The notes beneath the pieces were generated by a model. That model was given only the letters and a program-made list of their open reading frames with translations, did no database searches and was not told where the DNA came from. The translations under genes and the position numbers were made by a program. A stretch of DNA of 64,000 bases, from the NCBI RefSeq assembly GCF_036321535.1, contig NC_087436.1, positions 84,260,001-84,324,000 on the forward strand, in the 5' to 3' direction. Below, one piece after another: positions 25,716 through 38,004 of the stretch; the first letter of the stretch is position 1; each line of letters opens with the position of its first letter. The DNA comes from Camelus dromedarius (Eukaryota).

Positions 25716-27759
25716 CTTTCTGTGAAAGCCATCATGGAGTTCAGGTCTTTAAAATAAAGTAGAATGTCAAATAATTAACACCTGTCTGGTGCCGGGCCTG
25801 CTGTCGCCATCCTGTCACTGCTCTTGGTTAGCCTCTGTCTTTAGGAAAGCGCTTTTGCCCAAAATGGCCTTGCACTGGCGACGCTTCGGGGCCAGGGAAG
25901 CAGCTGCTTGAGCTGTTTGTGTCACACAGTAGATGCAGCAGCGCTTGTTTCTGTCCGCTCTCTTCTTGTAGGGGGGTAACAGCACCCCTCTACATTTGGG
26001 AAACCCCTCCCACTTCACATGGTCCCAGTAGAGCAGTTAACCACAGTGTCCCAGATTCCCCCTCCTACGCAGAGGACCCAGGCTGGCCAATCACTGAGCC
26101 ATGTACGTTCCCACACAGGGACTGAACCAAGGTATGGGACCTTGACCTAAGCTGGGCCAATCAAAGTCCCTCACCAGAGTTTTCCCAGTTGGACCTGGAA
26201 GGGTAGTTCTCCATTATCCTTGCGCATGGAGAGTGGTGAGGATGGAGGCCTGGGGTTGCAGGCAGCCGTCCACCAGCCACATAGAGAAGGGTACTCTTCG
26301 ATATGAGAGAATGAAGCCAGGCAGAGATGGAAGTTAGAAAGAGAGAGAGAGAGAGAGAGAGAGGGAGGCCAGGTCCATTCTTCCCTTGGGTGACCCGACC
26401 CTTCCCAGCTCTGTGAACTACTGAATTCCCTTCTTGGTGTGATCTGTCATTTACAGCAAGAGTCCTGACTAATGGCAAAGTAAAGAAAGGAAGAGAGGAG
26501 TGCATGGACAGAGGAATATTGGCCACTAGGGGAATTAAGAATCCAGGAATTAGAGTAAAAGAGCCAGGAATCCACAAGCCAACAGACCTTGAAAATAACT
26601 GGACAGAGTACCAGACATTTCTCAGTTGATGGGGACTTGAGAAAAAGATTATTTTTACATATTAAAGGGAAAGATGACCGCTGACAAGTAGATAATTTAA
26701 GGACATTAAGTACATTTTTTTTTAATTAAGTCCAAATGTAGGGTAGATATGATTTGTTACCTTCTTGGGGACATTTTGCTACTCAACCCTGTCCATCTCC
26801 GTGTAGAAATCTTGTTCCACATAGTCCACTGCCCACTAAATGGTCATTTTCAAAACCTCACACCAACTGTTTCAAATGTATCCCTGCCCACACTCAATGC
26901 CAAAGTAACCAGCAAAAATAATGGCAGTAAGAAGAATAATTGAAAAGTTCATACTCTTTTCCCACAGTGAACATACTAAGAGGTAGAGTGACGTGCACAT
27001 AAGTCAGGCAGGGATGTGGGACATTGGCCACTGCCTGGATTGACAAGGCAGGAGAAGATTTCTTGGTTTTATGAAGCCTGGTGCTTCAGTGGTGTGGTCT
27101 CTATGGACAACTGTGGGCATGAGGAAGCAGAGGTTTCTAGAGAGCTTCTCCCTTCGCCTTCATGATCAGCTGTGTTCTTACAAACATTCCCACACTGCTG
27201 CATGGGGAATGTACTTCTGTAAGCAGAAATTTCAGTGTGCCTTCTAGTAAGAGTTTACCACTTAAACTTAGAAAGCTATGAGAAACATTGGGCTTGAATC
27301 TCAGTTTATGTAACTCATCCAACTACTTAACTACGATGACAATCTGACTCATAGTTCATATGACTCATCTTTGGAGTTCCAGATTCGCCATGCAGAAGGA
27401 TTTTCTTTCTTCCAGATGGAAGCTCCCTCTCTCCATTCCTTTTTTAAAAAGCGTTTTGCTTGGAAATTTGGCATTGTCTGGGGGTAGGGAAGGCAAGTTT
27501 CTGGGGAGAGTGACACTAAGGATAAGAAACCTTAGGGCATAGCCGAGGAGCCACAATCCAGAAGCAGAGTCTTTTCAGGATGCGGAATGTGTGCTCATGG
27601 ATGAGAAGAAGATGCCACGTGCATGTTTATGTCCCCTTTCCCAGAGGGGAGGGCTGGGGCAGGGAACCCTGGATGTCTCCTGAGCCCTTCTCTCCTGCTT
27701 CATGTAGTTTTATCTGAGGAGAGTGGCCTCCCCGCTAAAGACTAAATTTTCTCACCTCT

Positions 27760-27925
27760 CATAGAGTTAAGTTTTAGCCAGCCTCCAGCGAGCTCTGCCT
27801 CCTGGCATTCACACATTTGCAGAGGCCCTTCACACCCTGAACCAGAGTCGGTCTGACCAGTAAAAAAGCAGAAATGATGATGTGTCACTTCTGAAGCTAG
27901 TTTCTAAAAGACACGGTAGCTTCTC

Positions 27926-27986
<61 letters not shown>

Positions 27987-28285
27987 GATCAGTTGCTCTA
28001 GGGAAAGGCAGCTGCCAGGTGAAGCAGCCCTGTGTAGAGACCCACATGGCAAGGAACCAAAGTCTTCTGACAGCAGCCAGTGAGGACAGAGTTTTGCCAA
28101 CAACCATGCAAGTGAGTTGGGAAGTATATCCTCCAGCCCCTGTCTAGTGTCAGATAACTGCAGCCCCTGAGCCACAACTGGTGAACTAAGCTGCTGCTGG
28201 AATGGTTTGCTAGAATAGATGTCTGTTGTTTTAATCTGCTAAGCTTTGGGATAACTTCTCGTGCAGCAATAGATAACTAAAACCC
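27760..28285. mobile_element. MLT1-type solo LTR
   Basis: gcagccctgtgtagagacccacatggcaaggaac ... gcagcaatagataactaa motifs. Confidence 0.75.
27922..27983 (+). repeat. (CT)n microsatellite
   Basis: About 30 CT units with one interruption. Confidence 0.95.
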
Positions 28286-28942
28286 TAGACGTAGCCAGTG
28301 AAGTGATGTGTGCTACTTCCGGGTCACGCTCCTAAAAAGAGTAAGTGTGCTTTCCTGTGTCTCCTTCCCACTTCCCTGAAGCTAGAATGTGACTGTGGTA
28401 ATGAGACATCACAGATCATGTAGGCGACAACAACCCCTTAGGCTCTGGAGGGCAACAAAACAGAAAGAGCCTGAGTTTCTATATTAGTCAGGAAATGTCA
28501 GGTTTAGCTGCACTAACAACCAGCGTCCAATCTCAGTGGCTTAAAAGCAATGCTTTATTTCTCACTTCCACAAATACGCTGCAGCTCTGAAAAACTTTTC
28601 AGGACGGGTGTCCATCATATCAATAGCACTTCCACAAATTTCAGTGAAAGAGAAAACGAGAGCAAGAGAGCCCTGCATTGGCAACTAAATACTTCTGCGA
28701 CACATCTCACACTCATTTCACTGACCAAAGCAAATTGCAAGACCACATCTAACCCCGAAGGGGCAGAGAAACACATTTCTTCCTTATTTCCAGAGGAAGA
28801 AAACTGGAAATACTTTTTCAGCAGAACTAATACCTAACAAAGCATTCAACACCATCAAGTCATTACACCAGCCCTGGACTTCTATACAGGAAGAGAACTG
28901 ACACAGAAATAAACTTCCATATTGATTAAGTCACAGTATTGG

Positions 28943-29120
28943 CAGGGGGCTGGGGGGGGGGTTGTAGCTCAAGTGGTAGAGCGCATGCTTAGCATGCACG
29001 AGGTCCTGAGTTCAATCCCCAGTACCTCCTCTAAAAATAAACAACCTACTTACCTCCCCTCATCAACACAAAATAAGTAATACAAAAATAAATAAATAAA
29101 ATACTAAGAAATGTTTTAAA
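28943..29120 (+). mobile_element. Full-length tRNA-Ala(AGC)-derived SINE (Vic-1-like) with perfect 15-bp TSD
   Basis: Head gtagctcaagtggtagagcgcatgcttagcatgcacgaggtcctgagttcaatcccc and A-rich tail. TSD aagtcacagtattgg at 28928-28942 and 29121-29135. Confidence 0.92.
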
Positions 29121-32100
29121 AAGTCACAGTATTGGGGATCTCTCATTGTAGAGCCTAGCTTGTATCCTAAGCAATCAAGACACACAGATTAAAGAATGAA
29201 TCTAGGATCTACCTACTTAGCAACTGGTTCTAAAGTTATTGACAAGGAAAATGAAGGCACACAGATGGATAGTCCTATTTTCCCTTCCATATTCACTCTC
29301 CACCCTTTTCTACTCTACTTTGTGGCCAAGGAGAATGACATTACAGATACCTCAACCATGCTCCCTTGCCCTCAAAGTTCTGCTGGGGTTTAGCCAATGA
29401 CAGTCACTAGCAGAAGATCAGAGGATAAGAGTAGAGAAAGGTCAGGGCATTTTTTTCTAGTTTACGTCCATCCGGAGTCATGGTTTGACATGACTATTTT
29501 CTTCTAGCCAAGGCCACAGCTTCTGTCAGGAGGCCCTTTCCACAGCTGCAAGTCTCTCCAGCTTCCAGTAACCTCCCCCTCTCCTTGACCCACTCTAATC
29601 CTAGAGGTGGGAACCATTTAGTCCCAATGTTTCACTATCTCTTGTTGGTTTCCCTTAATACTCCTCACTTCTTTGTAAAGTCCTTTCATTAAACTGTCCT
29701 AATTACCGCTGCCACCTATCTCTTGTCAGTAGCCTGACCAATACGATTTTTTTCCTCAACTTACAGCTATTAGTCAAAATAACCAATGACATAAGAAATG
29801 GGCAGAGACGAGAAGTCCCGAAAGGATGATGATAATCTTTTAGATCAACAATGTAATAATCAGAGCAAACAGGCATTAGCACCCAAATCTCACAGGGAGT
29901 GAGAAAAATATCCCCTGTACTGGCATCAAGATGGTGAGAAGCCAAGTGGCATCTTAAATATTTGCAACTTTATGCCAAATCATTCCAGCAAAAGCTTTCT
30001 GACATACTCATTCCAAAATTAAAGCTTATCCCCAAATATCTCCATTATTCATTTCAAATATCACTGGCTTACTGACTTAATTCCTTTTAGCTGGAGTTCC
30101 ACTGAGTTCAGCCAGGAAGCTTTGAATTAGAACATGGGGTTTGCCAGGTTTCTGGTTTGAACAAGTTTCAGGGAGCCTCCAACACTCTTACAGGTCACAA
30201 AGAGTACAGCTCACAGCCCAACGCATCTGCAGTGAAAGAAGGAAAGAAAAAGAAAGAGAGGGAGAATGAGGGTGTGAAAGAGAGAGAGAGAAAGGGAGGC
30301 AGGGAGTTGAGGGAGGCAGGGAGGAATGAACCTCCCTATGAAGTTCGTAGAAACAAAGACAATTCTTCAAATGAGAAGCTGTCCCTCCTACATTAACCCC
30401 CCCCCCCATTTTGGAGCGCTCCCCAAGGGGCACACAGCTAGGGGGCCCAGAAGGGAATGTGACTTTGCTGCCAAACACGTCAACTTCCAGTTAGGGGATC
30501 TGCAGTAGCCAAAGGAGGAGACAGATCAAGGAAGAGGGCTTTTCCCATAAAGATGCCTGGGATATAAATTCCTCTATGATCAAATAACACAGCTGAGAAG
30601 AAAATGAAAAATATCAGATTCTTCATCCATTTACTAAAGTATTCACTTATTCTAATCCAAAATAAGCAACGCCAACAAAATTATACATATTTGCTAGGAT
30701 GCTTTTGGCTACAAGTAATTGAACACCCAACTGAAATTGTCTTATCCAGGCTTTCTATTTGCTCATATGAGAAAGGTAGGTGATTCCAGGTTTGGCTAAT
30801 TTGGCCACCTAACTAGGCCAGAGTGCTGGGTCATCCTCTCTGAAATTCTCTTCTTTTTCTCCTCATGGTCACAAGATTACCGCCCCAGTTCCAAGCATCA
30901 CATCCCACATGACACCATCCAGATGAAGGAAGGAAAACCCCTGCTTTTTCTTCACGTAATTTTCATCTCTTTTTTTTTAGGGAGGAAAAGCCTTTACCAG
31001 AAGCCCCCCAGCAATCTTCCCCTTACCCCTCATTGTCTATAGTTGGGCTATGTGCCTACCCCATGCTTATAACTGGCAAAGACAGCACTTTGAACAGACT
31101 GGCACAGAGGGGCACATAAAATATTTGCCAAGTGAGTGAAAGGTGAGCTATTACTACCACGGTTGCCTTAGACTAATTACAGTCCGTTTCCCAGAATCCA
31201 TTTTCCTAGAACACACTGTTGCTTGATGGCTGAAGAAAACCTGCATTTTCTTATCAAAGAAGGCAGGCAGGAAAGGCTTTTGAGCAGTCAGCCACCAGTG
31301 CATGCCATGTTATGCCATTTCTTCTTAAAGCAGAGAACACGAGTAACCCAGGAAATGGCTTATTATTTTCTAATGGTTACTTTGGGGAAGAAAAAGTTTT
31401 TTGGATTTAAATAAATTGTTCATTAGGGGCCAAGTTACCATATTCTGGAAGGAAATGAACATTTTTTTCCTGTCCCAGCTTAGGCATCGGATCCTTTAGG
31501 ATATTCCCTCTGCCCACACCCAGTCTGGGTTAGGTGTCCTTCTTGTCTATTATCAAGCACACTTTACCTCCCCGGACGACAGCACTTTTCACAGCAGATT
31601 ACACCTCCCTGTTTACCCCTGCAGTAGACCATTTGTTCACTAAACTCTGTCCTTTCTCTTCTGTGTACTCAGCTATGTTTTCCAACTTCCTCTGTAGTTA
31701 GGTGTGGCCACATGACTCAGCCTGGTCAATGCAACGTGGGTAAAGTGAAGCCTGCCACTTCCAGGCTTGCCCTGATCGTGAGAACTGCCTGTGCAGTCTC
31801 GTATCTCTCTTTCCAATCTGCTGGCTGAATGGAAAGGGCTCTGTGGGCATAAAAGAATGAGAAGGAGTGAGGCCCCGAATGACCAGATGGAGCAGAACAT
31901 CTCTCCTCTTACCAATCCAAATCAGACTGAGACGAAATGTGTGAAGAATCCATTTTTCATTGTGCTAAGCTACTGAGAATTAGATGTTTGTGTGTTTTTG
32001 TGAGAGAAGGTATCCCACCCTGACTAATACAGTTCCCCATTAGAATGAAACCCTCTTGAAAACAGAAATCTCCTCTGTCTTTTCTACCATGGTAGTCCTT

Positions 32101-33089
32101 GCTCTAGCATCATGCCTGTCACATAATTGGCACTAAATATATTTTTTAATGAAATAAATATAATCCCCTCAACATGCATCAAGTACCTACTATGTGCTGA
32201 AATAATTTTAACTTTGCAGTGCTGTATCAGTAATTTTTGAGATCTCCTCACTGCTTCAATATTGACACTTACAGTAAGTCCTTTTAAAAGGGGGCTAGGG
32301 TTACATATGGTGATGATCCTCCTTGGTAATGAGGGAAGGGAGGAAAGAAGCCACCTCTCACTTTTAAACCCTGTTTTACTGGGAAGAAGAACCCCAGGGG
32401 GCAAAGTGAATGGTAGAAGCTTTCTCCCAATGTTGATGTGTTTAAAAGGATACACAACGGAACATTTAAGGGTCAAAAAGGTCAGTGTCAACAAGGTGAT
32501 ATGATGGAAAGTGAGACAGGAATATTCGTGCTATTAACCCCAGCACACATCATGTGAAAACCTTGCTGAACCTCTGAGCAATGTTTCAGAGCCATTTTCG
32601 TGTTTTGGTTTTTGGTTTTTATACTTTGGAGTAGTTTTTGGAACCCAATGCTCGGGTATCGCTTTGAAAATGCAGATTCTGTATTTTTAATCAGCTCTCC
32701 TGCCCAGTAAACATGAGAAACATTGCTACTTGCCTTGCTTTTTTTTTTTTTTTTTGGTATTACTGTTTTCCAACAGGTTAATTAGAAACAACTTCAGTAT
32801 CTCCCATTCTGTCAAATCCCTTTCCTTTTTAACTAGCTAATGTCCATGCTAGGAAACTACCCCAAAACAGCTACAGGGTTTCCTTCCTGCTGGCACTGGC
32901 TGGGGTGGGACAGTTACAGGTGCCCTCCCCGGCCTCTGTTTTTACTGTTTTTCTTTCGTCACTCAGCTGGGCAGCACTGCTAGTTCATATCCCACAGGTC
33001 CTTGCAAATTTTATGCTGCCAGGAACTTGGCCCAGGTTAAGGTATTTGCTGACTTTCTTTTCATCTCAAAACCACCACTGGAGTCCTCA

Positions 33090-33665
33090 CTGTTAGTGAA
33101 AGTGTAAAACAATACAACAACCTCTGCAAAACTGTTTGGCAGTATCTACTGAAGTTAAAGATATACCTACCCTATGACCCAGAAATTCCAGTCCTAGGTA
33201 CATCCCCAGGAAAAATGAATGCGTATGTCTATGAAAAGACATGTACCCCAATCTTCATAACAGCTTTATCTGTAATAGCCCCAAACTGTAAACAACCCAA
33301 ATGTCCATCAACAGAGGAACGGATAAGCATTATGGCGTATTTATATGCTGAAATACTACTCAGCAATAATAACAGAACAAACTACTGATACACATAACAA
33401 TATGGATGGATCTCAAAAACATGCCATGCAAAAAAGCTACACACAAATGCTGTATGACTCATATGAAGTTCAAGAACAGGCAAAAATAATTGACAGTGAC
33501 ATAAATAAGAACAGGGGCTACTTCTGAGTGAGGAAAGGCAAGAGAGAATTTTCTGGGAAGATGAAAATGTTCTTTAAATACTGATTTGGTTGGTGGTTTC
33601 AAAGGTATATATATGTAAAAATTTGTTGAGCTTATACTTAAGCCTTGTGCTTTCTACTTTGTGTA
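33090..33665 (+). mobile_element. Old L1 3' fragment
   Basis: ctatgacccagaaattcca, aaacaacccaaatgtccatcaaca, atggatggatctcaaaaac. Confidence 0.8.
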
Positions 33666-33895
33666 ATCCTAGGAAGATAGCTGGTTTCCACTAGTCACAA
33701 GGGGCAGATACACATGCCTCTGCTTGTTACTTCCCTGTCCTTTCTTGTCAGGGCTTCCTCCATTCCACAGACCTATGAGATTTTTTGTATCCTTACTTAC
33801 CTGAAGCTTTCTGCAGTTGCCAGTCTCCACTCAGTCTCTCTGCTAGAGTTTTCTCTCAGCAATGCTGTAAGTGGTGCCAGAGCTGATCCTGTGTA

Positions 33896-34205
33896 TAGTT
33901 ATTCCTTGGAGGATTGGTTCCAAGACCCCTGCAGATAACAAAATGCTTGGATGCTCAAGTTCCTCATAGAAAATAGCATCGTATTTGCATATAATCTATG
34001 CACATCCCCCATATATTTTATATTATCTCTAGATTACTTATAATACCTAATACAATGTAAATACTGTGTAAATAGTTGCTAGAGCACTGGACAAATTCAA
34101 GTTTTGCTTTTGAGAACTTTCCAAAAATTTTTTTCCAAATATCTTTTGACCCATGATTGGTTGAATCTGCGGATACAGAACTCCCGAGTACAGAGCGCCA
34201 ACTGT
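33896..34205. mobile_element. MER2-like TcMar-Tigger MITE
   Basis: ggattggttccaagaccc ... tctctagattacttataatacctaatacaatgtaaat ... ggttgaatctgcggat. Confidence 0.85.
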
Positions 34206-35299
34206 ATTTACTCCCATCACCTACCACCAGGGTGGGTTACTAGCTAGAACCTCATCGGCCCTTCTGTAGCCGAAAGGAGCTGTTGCTGATCCTTCATGGC
34301 TCTTTCTATTTTTTCACCCATTTCTACCTTTTTCACAAATTGGCTTCAGCTTCTGGGATAAATGAAAAAAAAGTTAGTACTTTGGTTGGTGGATTTAACT
34401 AGGACCACTGTGGTTTGGGACCCAAGACGACAAAGGTTTGCCAAACAGAGTGAAAGCCGCACAAAAGCAACATGGTGAGCTGCTGGCAACGTAGGACTTA
34501 GAGCAGCAGACTAAGGCTCTGGGAGGCCAAGAGTGAAGACATTAAATGAACTACGAAGTATCACAGTTAGAGGATCAATACCAAAGACAGTAAGCACTCA
34601 GGCCCAGCGAAAAAGTCCTCACATTTCTAGCTCCTTGTATCTTTATTTGCTCAGAACTTCACAAACTATAAAATCCAGGTTTTTCAGGACAAAAGTGCAA
34701 ACCCATTTGGACAAAAGCCAACTTTTGTTCCAAAGTGGAACATATGATCTCTGCCCACAGTTGAATCACAGCAACCGAACACAAAATGGAAAAAAAAAAG
34801 TGTAAAGCAGAAAATATTCCCTCTTTCAACCACTGAACACTCTGAGTCACCCACAGAAAGGAAAGTAGTGCAAACTAGGAGAAATGGAGGAGTCATCCTG
34901 ACTCAGATAAGGAGCCTGAACTTGGGACCATGCAGCTTTCTTTGCTGATTACTGTTAATGGAAAGAAGATAGACAGGGCGTGAGAGTGGTCACTGCTGCA
35001 GGGAACCCAACTTGCTAAGGAGTTATGGTGCTTCGGGCTGGTGGTTCTCATCCTTGGCTGCACCCTGAAATTACATGGGGGCCCTAAAACTGACTGAGAT
35101 TTGGATCCTACCCCAGAGATTTTGACTTAACTGGCCTGGGCATCAGGATTTTTAAGAGCTCCCACGTGATTTTAATGTGCCATCAAGGTTGAAAACCACT
35201 GACCTAAGTTCTAGAACCCCGACTCAGCAGGGTACTTGGCAGGCTACAGAATATTCAATAAATACTTATTGCTGTTGGTCATAGTAATCTAAACAAAGT

Positions 35300-36735
35300 T
35301 TTTTTAAATTGAGATATAATTCACATAACATAAAATTCACCATTTTAAAGTGTACAATTCAGTGGATTTTAGTGTATTCACAGAGTTGTGCAACCAGCAC
35401 TACTATATAATTTCAGAACATTTCCATCACCTTGAAAAGAGATCCTGTATCTACTAGCAGTCAGTCTCTACTCCCCCTTCCTCCAAGCCCCTGGCAACCA
35501 TTAATCTATTTTCTATCTATAGATTTACCTACTCCAGACATTTCATATAAATGGAATCATATCATATATGGCCTCTTATGTCAGGTTTTCTCAGTGAGCA
35601 TGATTTTCAAGGTTCATTCATGCTGTAGCATGTATCAGTGCTTCATTCCTTTTTATGGCTGAATAACATTCCATGGATATACTACATTTTGTTTTTCCAC
35701 TTATCAGTTGATGGTATTTGTATTATTTGCACTTCTTGGCTATTGTGAATAATGCTGCCATGCTCATTCATGTACAAGTATTTTTGTGCATGTGTATTTT
35801 CATTCCTCTTGTGTCTACACCTAGGAGTGGCACTGTTGGGTCACATGGTAACTATATATTTAACTTTTAGAGGAACTGCCAAACTGTTCCCTGTGGCTGC
35901 ACCATTTTACACCAGCAATGTGTGAGAATTCCCATTTTTCCATATTGTTGTCAACATTTGTTATTCTCTACTTTTAAAAAATATACTGTATACACTTGAA
36001 ACTAACACAGTATTATAAATCAATTATACTTGAATAAAAATTTTAATTAAAAAATAAAAGTAAAAAATAAAAATATAGCGTATATGAAGTGGTACTCATT
36101 GTGATTTTGATCTGCGTTTTCCTAATGACTAATGATGTCGAGCATCTTTTCATGTACTTGTGGGCCACTTGTATACTTTCTTTAGAGAAATGTCTATGTA
36201 AATCCCTCACCTATTTTTAAATTGGGTTGTTAGTCTTTTCACTGTTGAGTTGTAAGAGCTTTTTATATATTTTGGATACTGGACTTTTATTACATATATG
36301 GTTTGCTAATATTTCCTCCCACTCTGTAGGTTGTCTTCACTTTTTCTAAGTTTATTTTTTTTTATTTTTTATTAAAGTGTAGTTGATTTACAATGTTAGC
36401 TTCAGGTGTACAGCAAAGCTATTCAATTACACATACATGTACTTTTTTTTTTAGATTCTTTTCCATTATATGTTATTATAAGAGATTGAATATAATTCCC
36501 TGTGCTATACATAGGCCCTTGTTGTTTATCTATTTTATGTATAGTAATGTGTATCTGTTAATTCCAAACTCCTAATTTATCCCTCCTCTGCCCTTTCCCC
36601 TTTGGTAACATAGTTCTTCTATGTCCGTGTCTTCACTTTCTTGATAGTGTTCTTTGATGCATAAAAGTCTTTCAATGACATCTAATCTACCTATTTTTTT
36701 TTTATTGCTTGTGTATGTGGTGTCATATCTAGGTC
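35300..36735 (-). mobile_element. Old L1 (L1M-type) fragment containing two nested younger L1 tails
   Basis: Typical reverse L1 3'UTR (ttgagatataattcacata ... gagcatcttttcatg). Interrupted at about 35985-36070 and at 36344-36627. Confidence 0.85.
36344..36627 (-). mobile_element. Young L1 3' fragment with 12-bp TSD
   Basis: TSD tgtcttcacttt at 36332-36343 and 36628-36639. Same family as 2508-2816. Confidence 0.85.
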
Positions 36736-36779
36736 ATATTAATTTTGATAAATAAAATGGTCACTCTCCCCTCTTTAGC

Positions 36780-37160
36780 TGTAGTAGGCAGCATCTAAAA
36801 TGCCTCCAAATCTCTACATCTTATATTCAGGCTCTTGTGGCATCCCCTCCCTTTGCCTGGGCTACACCCTATGACAAAGGGATGGGATGTCACTTCCAAG
36901 ATTAGGTTACAAAAAGACTATGACTTCTGTCTTACTCTCTTCTGCTCACTCTCTTACTTACTCCGAGGGAGCCTGCTGCCGTGTTGAGAGCTGCCCTCTG
37001 GAGAGGCCCACATGTCAAAGAACTGAGCGAAGTTTCCAGTCACCAGCCAGCAAGGAGCTAAAGCAGCCACCTACGCTGCACCCAGACTCCAGATCCACAG
37101 AAACTGAGATAATAAATGCTTAAAGTTTTAAGCCATTGAGTTGCAGGGTAGTTTATTACA
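36780..37160 (+). mobile_element. MLT1-type solo LTR
   Basis: tgtagtaggcag start and acagcaatagataac end; ggagaggcccacatg motif. Confidence 0.7.
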
Positions 37161-37823
37161 CAGCAATAGATAACTCATATAACGGCTTTCAGCAAAGGCA
37201 AAATGAGGAAAAATAATAAACTAGACTAAAGCTTAGCAGCAAAGGAAGCACTCTTGCCTTTAAAGTAAGGCAACTGGAATTTGGCTGCTTAAACAAATGA
37301 TACTCACTAAGCCATGAAGTACAAGTTGCTTGATTTACTAAAGGGACTCCCAATCAAATATATATAATTAATATTTAATGTAACACCTGATATATTAACA
37401 AATTAATATATCAAACTTAAACTATTTGAATTTATTAATATATGCACATATATAAATGCATTATATATTAATAATACATTAAATTTAATATAATATAGAA
37501 ATAGACATATATTAAGTTATATAATAGAAATATAAATTATAAATAACTAATTTTAGATCAGTAGCACTTGTACTGCTGAAACATTCAGAACTGAACGAGT
37601 TTTTCTTATCCCTGCTTTCTCTTACCCACAACTGTCTGCAGTACCTTCAAATTGGTGTGAGGTTATAGAATACAAGTAGTTATCATATCTGTCTAAGCAA
37701 AACAAGGTTGGGAAAATGACTTAGTTATCCAAATAATATGCAATACACATTAAGTGACCAAAAACCGCCGCCAGGACAGTTGATTTCAAATATCCTTTTT
37801 CACAGTCCAAATGTGTCCTGTCT

Positions 37824-38004
37824 CTAAAATAGGTAAACAAGGTTCTACTGTATAGCACAGGGAACTATATTCAATATCTTACAGTAACCTACAATGAAAA
37901 GGAATATAGGTATGTATATGTATGACTGAAAAATTATGCTGTACACCAGACACTGACACAACATTGCAAACTGACGATACTTCAATTTTTTTTAAATGGG
38001 GGAA
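37824..38004 (+). mobile_element. Young L1 3' fragment with 15-bp TSD
   Basis: ctgtatagcacagggaactatattcaatatctt. TSD aaatgtgtcctgtct at 37809-37823 and 38005-38019. Confidence 0.9.

Noticed and set aside
27897..28175. ORFs with ERERER runs
   Set aside because: Translation of the (CT)n microsatellite inside an MLT1 LTR.
28952..29030. Possible genuine tRNA-Ala(AGC) gene
   Set aside because: It is followed by a SINE body and A-rich tail, bracketed by a TSD, and has diverged siblings in the window, so it is a SINE.
37360..37555. Extremely AT-rich tract
   Set aside because: Low-complexity (TA)-derived sequence with no clear periodic unit.
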